This document shows, one piece after another, positions 9,680-24,700 of a stretch of 64,000 nucleotides of DNA (position 1 is its first letter; every line of letters begins with the position of its first letter). The notes beneath the pieces were generated by a model. That model was not told the DNA's origin. It saw only the letters and a list, made by a program, of their open reading frames with translations, and did no database searches. Source of the DNA: Yuukianura sp. NJ FZ-2021 (Eukaryota); assembly GCA_046563655.1 (NCBI GenBank), contig CM102286.1, forward strand, positions 15,004,001 to 15,068,000, given 5' to 3'. The translations under genes were made by a program, and so were the position numbers.

Positions 9680-12094
9680 TTAAGCTGTTTCAGTTTGGTC
9701 GTTGATGCTGACTCTCCAGTTGCTGACGTAGTTGGACATTTGTTCTGGCGGGAAGTCCAACTTGTAGTAATTCGGATCAGCCGTAGAATATTTCAGCCAT
9801 TCTGGCCACTCATTTCCAGGAGTTGGATTTCTTTTTCAAAAACAAATATTAAAAAACTTAAAATTCTGAAAAAAAGATGACACAAGTTTCGTAAAATTTA
9901 GATTCTTACGAAGTAACAGCAAAATCCGTCCACATTTTACAAACCATTTCCGAAAACTGGCGATCTTTTCCGGTAATGACAAATGGAAAAGACCACAAGT
10001 ACAGCAGATCATCAGCATGCATCACTCCTGCAAATTTAACAAAAAATTTAAAAACTCGAGTTTTTAAAAACTTCCAAAAATTTGATTTTTTAAAAACCGT
10101 GTTCGATTGGTGGAGGTTCTGTTCCGCCAATGGCCCCGAGGACGTTGAAGAGAAGGAGCCAGAGGGAGTAGGGTCCTTCGTACTCAAATGAGTACAAGTA
10201 GACTGGATTCAAGTGTTGACTTAAATAGTCCGCAGTGAGGAGGATTGGTGCTTTAAAAAGCATCACACTCAGGATGTCGACCAATCCGGCAGTGATTTCG
10301 GTAAAGTTGTCACGACGCGCTTCCGGCGCGAAATAGTAATCTTGAAGTGTTTGGGACAATGGACCACCAATCAACTCATCACTCAGCTCAACCGCATTTA
10401 GAAACTGTGGAATCAGTTCATGTCGCACGTAGCTCGGATCGTCAAGATTCCCACTCGGTTCGAGGGTTCCAACATACGCCGATGCGAGGATTGCCGATCC
10501 TTCGTGCTGATTGGCTCCCAGCATCACAGGAATTTGCGGAAAAGTGCCGTTTTTCAAGATTTCCAGAGGATCTTGTGTTATGAAGGCCCCGTCGTGCTCA
10601 TGCTCCACAATCATTGCCAAATTCCCAAAATCCACAATCAACTGGCCAGTTTGTGATGTCTGAAGTAAGAAAAAACTTAAATTTAGCAAATGGTAAACAT
10701 ACTCTGCGTTTGGAAACAGTCCCAGACTCGAAATTAGAATTGGAGCCTGATAGCCCAAGGGTTAGCGTGCTTCCCGGATAGAAACGATGTGGGTTCGAAT
10801 CCCGCTCGGTCAATTATCTTTTTTACACTCTAGTTCTGTATCTCTCAAAGCCCAAATGTGCCTAACATGTTCTACGCATGCGAAAACTTACAAAGTAGTC
10901 GCGACACTCTTTTGCCAGCACTTCCCACTCTATTCCACGCAGACATTCCACCATTTCAGCATTGTTTGTGTAAGTACATCCAAGAGAATCGGCCAGGCGT
11001 TGAGCCGCTTTCAGTGGTTCACTCTCTCTCGCCCAAGCAGTGATGGCCGTACCACTTTGGGCAATCGCTTTATGGAAAAGTCCTAAAACCAAAATTTTAA
11101 AAAAAATTTCAAAATTTAAAATATTTGAGGGGTCAAAGGTAACGAGTGACTCACCTGCACCGGCTGAGATTGGTGACAGTACATGAGCAATGGTATCGGC
11201 CGATCCGGCGGACTCTCCGAACAGCGTCACATGATCCTTGTCTCCATTGAATCTGTCAATATTTTCCTGCACCCATCGCAGTGCCATGACTTGATCTTTC
11301 AATCCATTGTTGCCAGGGACAACGTCATCTCCAGTCGACAGAAATCCAAAGGCAAGCAGTCTGTAGTTTATAGTGACAATAACAACGTCGTTGTGAGCCA
11401 TGAGTCGATTCGGAGCGTAGACAACACTGTCACCCAACATATGCCCACCACCTTCACAAAATTTAACAAAAACTACTTTTCAAAAAAAAAATTCAACATT
11501 TTTTAAAAGTGGATTTGAAATTTTCATTGACATACCAAAAATGTATACCATCACAGGCAATTTAATATCTGAGCTTCCAGGTTTCTAAAAAAAAGAAAGA
11601 TCTTTTTAGAATTTTGTTTTTAAATTTTGTGAAATTTTGAAAATTTTGAATTTACAATTGGCGTGTAGACGTTGAGGTACAAACAGTCTTCGCTGGGTTG
11701 AGACAGGAAAGTGCCATGCTGGGCACAAGATGGCGCATTTTTCGTTCCGTCACGAATTTCATCTCCCCACGAATCCTCAGCAACGTTGAGTGCAACTGCC
11801 GGCTAAGTTAAGAAAACAATTAATTACTTAATTTCTTAATCAGTTTTATTGAAAATTTTCAAAATTTCAATTTTTTTTTTGTATTTTTTAGTTTTTTACG
11901 TCAAATCGTCTTGGTGGTTTAGCAAATGGGATGGACTTGAATGAGTAGATCGTCTTCTGATTGGTTGCTGTTGTCGTAGTACCTTGGATTTTGCCATAAG
12001 CTGTCTCCACAATCGCATCTGCGTCTATCGCAGCTACTTGCGCCTCAACTTGCGACGCAAGCAAAACGAAAACGCTAAGAAACGCCAACTTCAT
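9680..12094 (-). CDS. Secreted carboxyl/cholinesterase (type-B carboxylesterase), 8 exons
   Basis: Signal peptide MKLAFLSVFVLLASQVEA; SIPFAKPP, SEDCLYLNVYTP, FGGG oxyanion loop, PGNNGLKDQ, nucleophile FGESAG, acid GANQHEG, His GVMHADDL; exons splice in frame to the stop at 9680-9682. Confidence 0.95.
10741..10862 (+). mobile_element. tRNA-derived SINE-like element in a carboxylesterase intron
   Basis: A-box-like TAGCCCAAGGGTTA, B-box GGTTCGAATCCC; head and tail align with the copy at 22437-22551. Confidence 0.7.
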
Positions 12095-15000
12095 TTTGAA
12101 TTTTTGCGGACCAAGCTGAACTTTAAAAGTTTAATGTTCAACTAATTTCAATGTCAAACGACAACTGCCGACGTCAACACTTCAAAAAAACTTATTTTCG
12201 ATTCAAATTTTAGTCAAGTGCTGTCACTATCTTTTTATCATTTGCTAAAATCCTGTTTTATCAAAACTTTTTTTTTTGAAGAGCCTCGTGTTTTAAAATT
12301 TCGAAATGTAGTTACTTGCAAATAGTGCTAAATAAATTCCCCACTTTTAAAAGTAGTCCAAAGTCTAACTTGATTCGACCTAGCCCAATGTCAAAACTTA
12401 ATTTTTTGCACAAATTCTTTTAAACACTGTTCAAAATCTAACAAAAGCAAATCCCCCATGACTTTGTTTGGCTAAAAAGGTGTGTGAAGTGTTGATCCTG
12501 TTTGTCCAGCATTTGAATTCAAATTCAGCTGGGCATAAGGGGATATTTAAGCTAAAAAACAAGGATGTTTGAAATCCCTTTTAGAAAAAGTGTAGTTACT
12601 CCCTCCGATAGATCTCCATTTGCTTTTTCTACCAGAATTGCCTCACAGTGTGAAGCTCAGGGGAGAGAACGGAGCTTACTGACCAAAAACAGCTTTCTCC
12701 AGCATCCCATTTTCTCATCTTCTCCAGAAAAGGAGAGATTCTCCAGAAAAAGAGAGAAAGAGGGAGATGCTCTTTTTGTGTAGAGAATGGAGTGCTAAGG
12801 GAAGTAAGTGCCTGGAGAACAAAGTCTCCTCCGTTTGTGCCTTAACAGTGGAAAAGTGTATCGAATTGAGAAATGTTTCTGTTGGTTTTTACCATGCGAA
12901 TCGCGTCCAGAGGTCGTGAAGTGAAATCCCAACTGACTCTAACCTAACTCAGCCTAACTCTCCTTTCTCAACTCAAAATGGCCTGTCCGAAACGCAACTT
13001 TCCATTTCCTACAAAAGATGAGACGAGATGAGCCTCTTTTCTGCTTTTTTCCAAGAAAGAGTGCAACAGACGGACAAATCTTGATAACTTTCTCCTTTTT
13101 TCTTTAGTTCTTTTTTAAAAACTGAAACAGATTCTCGCTCTTAGCCAATATTTGCCCTCGGGCTTTATCTTCTCACTCAAGCTTAGCTTTTAACCCCGTT
13201 TTTGGTCCAAATTTGACCAGTCAGCGTGAAATTGACCTCGGATGACCTTTTCTGAACTTGCTGGTAGACTGCCAATATCATAACTTTCATTTCAATTCTA
13301 GAAAGTCGTAAATGGTTCACTGCATTTTGAAAAAAAAAAGTAGGAGTATTTGAAATTTTATTGACTGCTAAGGTAGCTTAAAAGACGGAAAGGTTTTGAA
13401 AGGAGAAAGTCAAAAATCAAGTTTTTCAAAGTTTTTTTTTATTTTATAGAATTTAAGTTTCCGTTTCAATTTCTTTAGCGCTGCTGGACTTACTAACCTT
13501 TAGAAACTTTTCGAAAGTTGTTAAATCTCAACAGTTCCGAAAAAAGAAGTAGAGAAAGTACGTTTTTGAGTAAAACGTATCCATCGATTGGAGTCTGCTG
13601 GGATCATTAAATCTCCACACATCAAAGGCTTCTGGTGATACTTTGACCAGGACAGTCACATAGTTACTCCCTCCACTCTCATAGTTACTCCCGCCATTCG
13701 CGTAGTTACTCCCTCCGTGTCCCTTTGAATCTCCACACGGTCAAAGGGGAAAGGCGGGAAGAGCAAATAAATAAAAGCCTCAAAGTCACTGACACTGGAA
13801 ACTCCTGAGCTTGATGAAGTGCGACTTCTGCGTAGTTTTCAAAAAAACGAAATCCGAATCGCTTTCAAAGAATCTTTTCGAAAACTTTTTTTTTGAAAAA
13901 GCAATAGGGCGTGTACAAAGAGAAAGTTCAAAGAGAATGAAGTTCAAGAGGTCACCGACACAAAATGAAATCAGCCTCGGAACATTTCAACATTTGTGTT
14001 TCTCGACTGTCACAATTTCCAACTTTTTAATTTGTAAATTTTTGAAAAGTGAAAAGCAAAAGGAAGCGACACTTTTAGTATTCTTGTCCCAAATGCTGAA
14101 CACGGAAACTTTTGATGTCAAAGTTCTTAGTTCTCTGTGGCCAACAGTTTCTGTCTCTCGCATTTCACTTGGGGAAACCAAAAAAATGTACACAGTGGCT
14201 CAAAAGTTTAAGTTTTAGTTTCTCTCTTTTAAAAAAAGTTAAGCTAAACATACTACGCTTGTCTTGAAACTTTAGAAGTTGGATTGTAAAAGAGAAAGTT
14301 TATTTTTGAGTTGCATTTTCCCTGGAGAAAGAGAGGAAGAGGAAGTAAGATGAAACGGAGGATTGTTCCTGATGCTGCTGCGGATAGTTACTCCCTCCAG
14401 AAAGTCTTTGTATAGTTACTCCCTCCAGAAAGTCTTTGTGGATAGTTACTCCCTCCGAAGTCTTTGACATTCCGAGTTGGCACTAACCTCAATTTGCTCT
14501 GTGCAGAAAGGAAGCTAACAGAATAACTCCTTTGTCCCCAGAGTCTCAACCAAAGGGAATGGACTTGTTCATGCATGCAAAAGAGGATCAGCACAGAGGG
14601 CATTAGCCTCTCTTTTCCGAAAAAAAAAATTTGAAAAAAATTTAATCTTGCACTTGTTGGAGCTCGCACGGTTCAAATTTCAAAATTTTAGAAAGAAAAA
14701 GATGGATTTTCAAATCAAACAAAACTAGACTTTTCAATTGTCTCAATTTTCAGTTGTTTTTGGGAGATTAATTTTTAGAGGCAATTTAATACCTGCTATA
14801 AAAATGGATTTTTTGTCCAAAATCTCAAGTTTTTTGAAAGTTTTTTGAATGATAAGAGATCGATTGAATGCAAAAAAAATGTAAATGGAAAGGTTGCCTC
14901 TTAACCCAATTCAGCTTTCTCCGGCTTCCGTTCATGTTGAAACAGTTGATAAGAAAAGTGCTTTCACTTTTTAGTTCTTTTTTAGTTTTTCAAAAAAAAA

Positions 15001-18000
15001 CGCAAATCTCATTCCTCGTTTCCTATGGGAAACATAACAAGCTTTTGTTCCAGAAAAAGGTCAATTTTTAACTGACATTTCAAAAAAAGACAGAAAAGAG
15101 AGAAAAGTTGGCCTAAAACGTTGAATTTTCCAAACTTTCTGGAGCTCAGAAGACGTTCCCGTGTAGAGACTAAAAAGACTAAAAGTGAGACTAAAAGTGA
15201 GGCTAAACTAAGCCTAACATTGACTTAGCCTAACAAAACTGAAGTCTATTTGCCTTGTTCTCACCTTCAAAGTGAGAAGTGAATGATAGTGTTATGCTTT
15301 CTTTTACAACTCGAGGGAACTTTTGAAAGAGAAACAAAATTACAGCAAGAAGACCATTCTGTCGCAATTCAAAAAAGTGAAACAGGTTTTTCTCACTTTT
15401 GAAATGCAATTTCAACTACTTCCCACTTTAACCTATTCTCAAAATGGTCTCTCCAATTGTCAACTACTTTCGAAAAGTATGGCAACAATCTTTTGTCACT
15501 TCCACCGGAGGAGTCATTCTAACACAATTTTTTAAACTTTTCAATTTTCAACAAAAAACAAAAACAAGCACGAGGGATGAAGCACCAAAAATGCAGAAAA
15601 ACAATCAAATTCTGTTTTGTTGAACTTTTTAAAAGTATTTTGAAAAACAAAACCCGAACGGAAGTTTAAAAAGTTTAGACGGAATTTCTGAAAAAAGAAA
15701 AGCCACAATAATGAAATTGAAAAAAAGACGGTGTACAACTTAAACTTTTTTTACTGCCTAAAATTTGTAAAATTTTAAAATGAAGCTTCGAAATCTTGGC
15801 TTTTACGATGTTGTTACCAAAATTCCTGAACTTTTTTTTTTGAAAGTTTTTAAAAACAGAGGTTCGTTTGCTTATTAATTTTTGGACAAGTTGGGAATTG
15901 TTGAGTCAGAAGGCGTAGAGTGTTGACAAGTTCCTGGAAAAACACAATTTCTTGTTGGATTATTCCAAAACTTTGTGTTTCTGCTCCAGAGCACAAAGTT
16001 AGTTCAAAGGAAAGTCATAACTCAAGAATTTAAATACTCGGAACTAACTACGGACTAAATTCAAAATACTTTCCAAATGAAACTTTATTTGGAAATTTCA
16101 CAAAGTGCCAAAACACTTTTGTCCCCAAAGGACTCACTTTCTTTTGGTTCCAAATCCTCTTAAATCACAAGCCAACGCAAAAGTTCTTTATAAAACATTA
16201 TTGCACAACTTGAAATTTAAACACAACGAAAATTTAAAGTCCAAAGTGAAATTGAAATTAATGGAATTTGGCTCAACTCAGTTTTGATTCAAACGATTAA
16301 GCTCAACAGCGACGCAAATTTTCTCATTTTGTGCCAAAACTTTTGACATTTCGCAAACATAATTCTCATTCTCTTTATGATGAAAAAGAAAAAAGTTTTT
16401 CAAAAAAACTTTCAAAAATTGTTGAGTTTGACCTCGACCTTTGCGCCTGAAATAAAAATGTGGGTGGAATTTTAAAGGTGACTCGTAAAACTTTTTTTAC
16501 TTTCACCCCCACGCATTTTTTTTTCGTTTTACATCCATATTTGTCCTTTGCCTTTTCCATTTGTGCAAATAAAAATAAAAGAGGAGATGCATGAGCAAGT
16601 TCCTTCCAGAAATCTTTTACTTTCTTTGTTTTTTGAGAAAAAAAGAGAAGTGAGAGGTTTTGTGCCAAATCTGTTGAAGTGGAGGTGAAAGCAGAGTGTG
16701 TTTCCTATTAGACGTGGGTTCGAGGCTCACTCGGAGCAAAAGTGTGAGGTGGGTTTTGACTTGTAGGGAGAAAGCATTACACATTCTACGGAGGAAGTCA
16801 GTTGAAATTAGATTTAAGGCAGGAAGGAGAAAGTAGAAAAAATAGTCTCAGGAGACAATGGATCTTCTTCTTTCTCTCGAAACAAAACCATCCCACATAC
16901 TAACTCCTTTTCAAAAAAAACTTCAAAATCTACAGTCTTCTGAAAAAACGAAAACAGCTTCTTAACTTTCCATTTTCATTACATTAGTCCAAGTTAAGAG
17001 CATAATGGAGTAGCAATATTTAAAAATTTAGCTATTTTTTGAAAAAAAATGATCATTTGTCTTGGTCTTGTCGCTTGTGCTGTTGTTTTTGTTTTGTTTT
17101 TTTGAAAAAGTCGACGCACTGCATCATTTTTTTTTTGAAAAGTGTGTGTTTTTTTTGAAAAGTGTATGTTGGAAGATGGAGTGGAGGGGAGGGGGATTGG
17201 AAGCGCAGGATTTACGTAATACATGCTGAAGCTAAATGTCATTTTTCATTCTTAACGAGCCTGCTGAGATCCTTTCCTCATATATTCTCCTTAAAAATTT
17301 CAAATCTTGCCGCCTGTGCCCAACTCTGTGTGTCCCCCTCCTTAAGAGACCTCTCAACTTAAAACAGAGTTGGGCACACACACTCAGTATTAAATAGAAC
17401 CATGGTCCCAGAGCTGGGCAAACTCTTTTTTGAATTTTTTTTCCTCAGAGGCACAAATTTTAAATTTGGCGGGAGAGATTCCTGTCCGTCTCCATTTTTC
17501 TTCCCTTGTGCCTCCTTTCACCTTTCTCCTGTCACTCTCCCTCATTTTTACATATCTCCAGCCAACCTTCCTGAATTTTAAAAACCCCGCTTCTTTTCTG
17601 CCCTTTATTTTCTCCCAAATCCGCCAAATCTGATAAAGTTCTGACTTTGTCTGAATTGGCTTTCTCCAGCATCATCCAGCACAAAAGGAACAAAAACGGC
17701 CGTCCCATTTTCCCTTTCAGTTTGTCTTCATTTTCTACCCGCAAAGAACGTGGCTCCACTTGGCGCTTATTTCAAATTTTCAAAAATCCCGCTTTTCATC
17801 CAAAACCAAAAAAAAAGTTGGCTTGGAATCCACAAAAGTCTGTTAACTCGATTGGTACGCGTATTCGCAGAAAATCTCATTTTTTGCAACTAACCTTTTC
17901 ATTTTTTTCATTTTCAAAAATTCAAAATCGAATTTGCACAAATTCGGGTCTTTACTGCATACAAGGTTTAAGAGCTAAACTATAATCATTATTATAATCA

Positions 18001-18309
18001 AATGCTTTGCGTACTAAAAACTAACGATAGTCTTTTGCTCAGAGGAGAAAATTTAGGCCAGAAAAATTTCCCGTAATGGCCTTCCATGTGTTTGTTCTCA
18101 AAGAAAATTTCTGAAGCACGGCAGGATCCCGTTTCCAGCCTGCTTTCTCCCGCCGACTTCCCAAAACACCGAAAAGCCTAAAAGTTTCGGTTCTTGTAGA
18201 CTTTTGGGCGGATGGTGAAACGTGATAAGTTCCTCCCTTCACTTTCACTTTAGGTGAACAAACTCAACTTAAGTGGGTCCAACTATTCCATGCATATTGA
18301 ACGTTAAAG

Positions 18310-18540
18310 ATCCCCCCAGAAACCCCCCAAAAGTAGAAGAAACCCCCAGGGAACCCCTCGACAGTACAGAAACCCCACAAAAACCCCTCAGAAGCAAAGA
18401 AACCCCACGAAAATCCCTCAGAAGCACAAAAACCCCGCGAAAACCCCTCAGAAGTACGGAAATCCCCGGAAGCACTAAAACCCCGCGAAAACCCCTCAGA
18501 AGTACGGAAATCCCCGGAAGCACAAAAACCCCGCCCCCAA
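18310..18540. repeat. Degenerate 30-bp-based tandem repeat (GAAACCCC...AAACCCCTCAGAAG)
   Basis: Repeated units visible, including a near-exact ~48-bp duplication. Confidence 0.8.
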
Positions 18541-21500
18541 AAAAAGGGAAGGGGTTCGGTTTATCGAAGAGGGGGGCTACTGCTCAATTTCCAAATCAAA
18601 TGACTTTTTACATGTTCCAGACCCATAAAACCGTTCGGAAAAAAAAGAAACTGGAAGTTTTCTCATTTAACTTTCTCCACTTTCTCTCTGGCTCCCCACG
18701 ACCTGTTTTCCCTCAAAATTGGAAAAGTATGGAAACCCAAAACTGATCTCCATCACCTCTAATACCCGCACTTTCCATTTCAAACAAATTCAAACACTCA
18801 CGCTCAAAACTACACGAAAAGGAATGAAGATGTTTCCGTTTCTCACGCTTCCTGGCTTTTTGTGCCAATTGTCTTGTGAATTTGAATTGAGGTCAAGAGG
18901 TCAGGAGTGAAAAAGGGGCGAGAATTAGAAAATGGCTTCTGCTGCTCCATTCTGTAGCCAATAATGTAAATTCAAATGAGGCAATCATTTGTTTCTTCCC
19001 GCCGTTAAATTTGAATTTTGATTCTTCGCTTTCCTTAAGAACTGGCTCAAAACCAAATTTTCAATTTCAAAATCTGAGAAGACGCTTTCAATTTGTTTTC
19101 TTAGAAAACTGTTTTGGTTTTGCAAAATTTAGAGAAGCGCAGAAGCAGAAGATGTTTAAATAATAAAGTTTGTGTTTATGATTTTGAAATTTAAGTTTTG
19201 GGCGGGAAGCTGAAGTGGGAAAAACAGAGCGAAAAGCGTCTTAAGTGTAATTAATGAGCAGAAATTAAATTTTATTCAACGGAAAGTTTGTCTCGGGGAG
19301 ATTTGAGAGAAAACAAAGGAAATTTGAATTTTCCCTCCAATTCTCTCTTTGCAAAATGTCTTTGTCACTCACTAAATTAAGTTCGTTAAACAAACTTAAA
19401 CTACGTTTTGTTAAACTTCAAACACTTCAACATCAAATAACATTTAAAAACTTTTCACACTTGAATCACGTGTCGCTAGTTACAAAATTTCAAAATTTCA
19501 AAACCGTTTCAATTAAATTTTCTTTGTAAGGTGAAATGGCCTACATTTACTTTATATTGTGAAAACAAAAGGAAAGTTTTGGCGGTAAAACGGGGCGGGA
19601 AAGTTTAAACTCTTGTTAAAAGTGTGTGCAAAGTACTAAACGTCCTAATCACTCTTCATAAAGTTAGGCCAAGTGGCTAAGGCGGGAAAACGAGAAAAGA
19701 TTTGAAAATTTAAACTTTTACAAATTTCCCTCCACACAGAACAAAACATGTGACTCATGAATTTATTAAGCCCAGCACTAGTTTTTGCAAGCCAACTTTT
19801 AATTTTTGTTTATGAATTTGAAAATTCATGAATAAAAAATTGACTGAAGTTGAGAATTTTTATTAACTTTTTTTGAATATGTGTTTATGTGTGTGGCGGG
19901 CTGAAGAGGTGTGAGAATTGAAAACACTAATTAAAATCTACAATTAATTAATTGAATTTAAAGTAATTGCCACTTCTAGAGGAATTAGTTAATAAGTAAA
20001 AGTAATTAAATAAAATTATACTTTTTCATAACCAAAAACTTAGTTTCGACGCAGATGCAGGAGGAAGAGTGAGATCACACTTTGTGTTTACATTCTTAAT
20101 TAATTAATTGCTCAATTAACACTTACATTTGCTTAGTTTTAGAGGGCGGCAATTTTCAAATGAGAAAAACGCGTCCATTTAGCGTGAGATCAACACCGAA
20201 GTGAACGACATTCAAAGAATTAATTATTACTTAATACACTTAAGTTTAATTAATTAAGCTTACTTTAATTAAATTCAACTTATTTTAAGATAAAAGTTAA
20301 AGTTTTGAGGTACTTTGAAATATTTTTTTAGAAAAACAAAATTTTGAACATCCTTTTTTAGAAAAGCCAAAATATATTCATCTGCCAAGTTTTTTTTTTC
20401 GTTCGCATGCACTTTTTTCCTCTTCTTTTTTTTTAAATTCGAATAAATTTTACATTAGTGTTGTACTTTAGACTAACCTAGTTAAATAAATTCTACTTTC
20501 ATAAGTTTAAATTTGAAGACGAAGAGAAAAAGTAAAAGTTTTTTGGCAAAAAGTAAAAGTTTTTGAATTAGGGAATTTATGGAATCCTTACAAGTTACAC
20601 AAAAGTAACGTAAAAAGTTACTTAAATTTGGACAATGGGCCATAAAATGAACATTTTTTTAGAGTGGCTAGAAAAGTAGGATTTTGGGGAATGTTGAGAA
20701 TGTTGACATTTCGAGACACGTGACAGGCAATAGACAAAATGAGAGCGGGAATGCTCACACGATTTTGAAAAGTAGTACTTTACAAAAGTAAATAAAAACG
20801 GTGAGAGAAAACGATTTTGGAGAAAGTTGGAGGATTTGCTGCTTTTTTAAGGAATTTCATCAACCACTTTCCTATTTCTTGTTACAAAATTTGAAATGTT
20901 TTTTCGCGCCAATTCTCATTTTGGTGTAGAGACCAAATCTTCTTTTCTGCAGAGAAAGTATTACTTTCACTTTTTCTGGAATGTCTTACAAAATGACTCT
21001 GCGTGAAATTTTTCCTTTTAGTACAAAAAAGTTTATCTTCTTGTTTTTTTTTCTGCTGAAATTCACGTTTGCGCTTTTCCACTTTCACTTTTAGTCGTAA
21101 AGCCTAAAATTGGAGAAATCAGTCTAGAAAATGGGCAAAAAAGTTCTGGACAACTTTTTTTGAAATTCTTTGTTATGAAAAAAATGAGTTCACTTTTTAG
21201 AGTAGAGTTGTGTATTTACCAACCACTTTTTTCCGGAAAGTAGAAAAAAGGGAAAGTGATGAGAGTCGCGTGGCTCTGTTTTTGTAACACAAGACTTTTG
21301 TTGGCTCTGAAAAGTTTCTGGCGGGAGATTTTTTGTCTTTTTTTGGCGGGAGTTTTGAAAATCAGGGGAAATGAACGCTGCACTTCTCCAGTTCTGTGTC
21401 GTGCTAATTCCTTTGGTAGTTTTGTAGTATTCTCCACTTTTTCTTCTTTTGTCTCTGCAAGAGGAAACTTTCCTTTGTCTTTTTTATTAGTTCCTTCCTC

Positions 21501-21747
21501 TGCTGCTCCCTGGGAGTTTCCCGCCTTAATTCAAAGTCTCCCGCCCTTTCCTCGTACATTTCCTCTCCCTTTGTTTTCTCCAAGACTTTCCCCACTTTCC
21601 TCTGGAATTTCCTCAAGACTTTCCCTTTTCCTCTGGATTTCCTTGGATTTCGGAAGAAATAATCCGGTTTGGGTCAAGTTGGGCTTAATTTCGTCTGGGT
21701 GTGGGGTCACGGCTAGGTTTGGATTAGGTTACGCTTAACTTTCACTT

Positions 21748-24700
21748 TCACAGTGCAAAGTGGCGGAGTGTCAACAGGTCAACCTGGAGTGTGACCTGGA
21801 ACGTGATGAGAAGTGTGGGTTGGGACAGGATTCGCACAAGAGCCGAGTAGCTGGACGTGGACGAAGAAGTGTCTCCTTCGTTTCTCCTCTGAATTGCAGC
21901 AATCTTGTCTCCAGAAAAAAGGCCTGAAGCTGAGCAAAACAAAAAGGAATGTTAGCTTCCACATGATACAAATAACACAAAGGGTATGAATTCCAAGTGA
22001 GTATTGATCCACAACCAGCCTCCAGGAAGACAAGGGCTTTCATGATTGCATTTCCAGGGCAAAGGGCCCCCCTCAAGTACCCGCCTTGGCAGGGCCCCCT
22101 TCAAGTACCCACCTTGTGAGACGTAGACGTAAATGGATGCTGGGTCCGCATGAGCAGTTTTGCAAGTGTAATTTCCTGAATCCGAAATCCGGGCATCTCG
22201 GATGGTCAGTCTCGACTGTGTTTTGCTGCCTGGCTCCGTGAGAACCGTCACCTCCCGCGTGCTCCCGTAATTTATCATCCGTTCGTTGTGATACCAAAAG
22301 ATGAATTCGGGCGGTTTCGGACTCTGTCACAAACAAAACCAAAGAACCTTAAATATTTGCCCACTTTTAGCCAGAGAGAAGCAAGAAAGAAACCTAACCT
22401 AACCTAACGGCGGAGAAGATGTGACTTTCAGGCGTCACATGTTTTGAGAGACAAAGAAACAAAAGTGTAAAAAAATAATGGACCTAGTGGGATTCGAACC
22501 CACATCACTTCTGTCCAGGAAGCACTTTAACCCTTGACCTATCTGGCTCCATTTTACAAAAAAAGACGTATAATAATTAGTCTTTGCCGAGGCCATTGAC
22601 CGCATAAATACTCGTAAATCGGTGCGGTTTTTATACGGCACTGATAGATGGGATAAGCTTTCACCACAGAGAAAGCGGAAGCTTTTTGAGACTCAGCGGA
22701 AGCTTTAAATAATTACAAAATCCGGATTGCATCCAGGGGCTTTTGGTTTAATTAAAAAGTGAACAGCTCAATCAAGTGGTTTGAGGCTTTGTCTTTTGTT
22801 TAACAAACATTATGTAAACATTCCTGATCGTTTCTCGCTTTTTTTCCAAAAAAGTACTTTTTTGAAATTTAGGAAGGTCATTGACCTCTGTATGTTTTTT
22901 AAACCTTTTCAATAATGCAGACGAGGTTGATATTGCTCCCTTGCTCCACATGATATTCTCCGTTGCCCAGAATGAAGGCTTCTGGAATGGCAACGGTGAG
23001 GTGGACGAGGTAGGAAACGATCCCGGTTCCAGTCGATACCTAAAATGTACAACAAAATTTGAGTCAAAATTTTGAGTCGAAATTCCATCGTAACTCGTGA
23101 GTCATGAGTCAAAGTTCAGAATAAAGAAGAGGCGGGAGTTTTGGAATTAGAAAAAAACGGCTCTATACTTTTCCAATTCCACAAAACTTTTCACAAATCA
23201 ACTTTTTCTCATCGTCTGTCTTCGATCCCGGAGAAACTTTTTTATATGAAGAAAGCCGTTAGAATGAAAGGCGCTGCATCCGTCTGGTAAATCGATCCAA
23301 CTATCATACTATTCCTACAACAATATTTCTGACCTCTTCAAAAAATGTAAAGGTCAAAGGTCACGGTTCATTTTCTGAGTTTGCAGATCAAATATTATTT
23401 CATCCAACGCTATAAAAGTGACGAAAAGTGCCAAAACTGAAAATTTCAGTAGAATAAAATAAACGGATCGATTTTTTTCTTAACCAAAAATTTTCAACTT
23501 TCACGAGGAGAGGTCATAGACCTCAAAAACACAAGTAAAAATATAAAATAAGTTACAAAAATAAAATTTCAGAAATTTTTTTTAGCTTTTTAAAATTTCA
23601 ATGAAGTGAAATTTGAGGAGGAACCATTATCCAGACAGTAACTGAGCATTAGAACATATGTGGAGTACCATTGTACAAACAGTATCATACAACATCAACA
23701 TACTTAGCATGTTTTAGCCTCAACATCAAACATAAATTCTTCTTTTTTAAACAGAGAATGGAGAATGCTGAAGTAAATGTGTGTGAATGTAGGACGGAGA
23801 AAGTTGTTGTGCGTATCATGATCACATTCAAATGGATTTCAACTCCCGCTCTCTCTTGTCCTCCTTTTGAATTGGAAATTCACTTTCTCCCAAAACTTTG
23901 TCCCGACTTTCCTGTCGCCACTACTCCCACTCATTCTTTTGACTTTTCGAATTCTCCCGCTTTTTAAGATCTTGTTCGCCCACCCTCCTTTTACACAATT
24001 TGTTTTCCGAGACAATTTTTTCTGTCAGGGAAAGTTTTCTCTCAACAAAAAAAATTCTCTGTGAATTTTTTTTTACTGAAAATTTTTCTCTTTTCTCTGA
24101 ATTTGTTTTCTGGAGTTTTTGAATGTCCGACTTTTTCTTTCGGAAATCAGCGTCTCTTAAATTCTGCCGGTGAGGAATTAAATGTGACTGGAGTGGGCAG
24201 TTTGTGTGGCGGGGGAGGTGGGTCGGTGGGGCGGGTGGGGCAGGAGCTCCTGGTGGAGTGCTCAACAGGAAAGTGGGGCAGAAGACCAACATTTACTTTT
24301 AGTGGCACAATTGCCAATTCTCGGGACTCCCTTGACTTTCACCACTTTCACTTCTACTTTACTGCACTCTCTCCTAAGAACCAAATACAAAAACGCTTCT
24401 CCTCCTCAATCCCTACTTTTACTCATCCTCTCCTACTTTCTCTTGTTACACAGTTTGAGCCAGGAAATGGGCGAGTAACAAAGGAACTTTGTTCGTCCTA
24501 GAGATATGGGAATGTACTAGACATTAAATTAAATTACATGCAAGGGAAGACGAATCTCAACTCCAGCCAAAGGCAACTTAACCTCTCCCGCGCTTTCCAA
24601 ATTCAAAATTGAACCCAGCTTCAACTCAACTTTAAAAAAACGAACAAGAGAAAGCTCTGTTTGAACATCCACAATTTTCCGATGTTTGAGTTCAGAGATG

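Noticed and set aside
18273..18746. 157-aa Pro/Lys/Thr-rich ORF
   Set aside because: Open frame explained by the tandem repeat; no ATG start or splice support
21256..21738. 160-aa ORF downstream of dpr
   Set aside because: Low-complexity pyrimidine-rich sequence, probably antisense to the dpr 3' UTR
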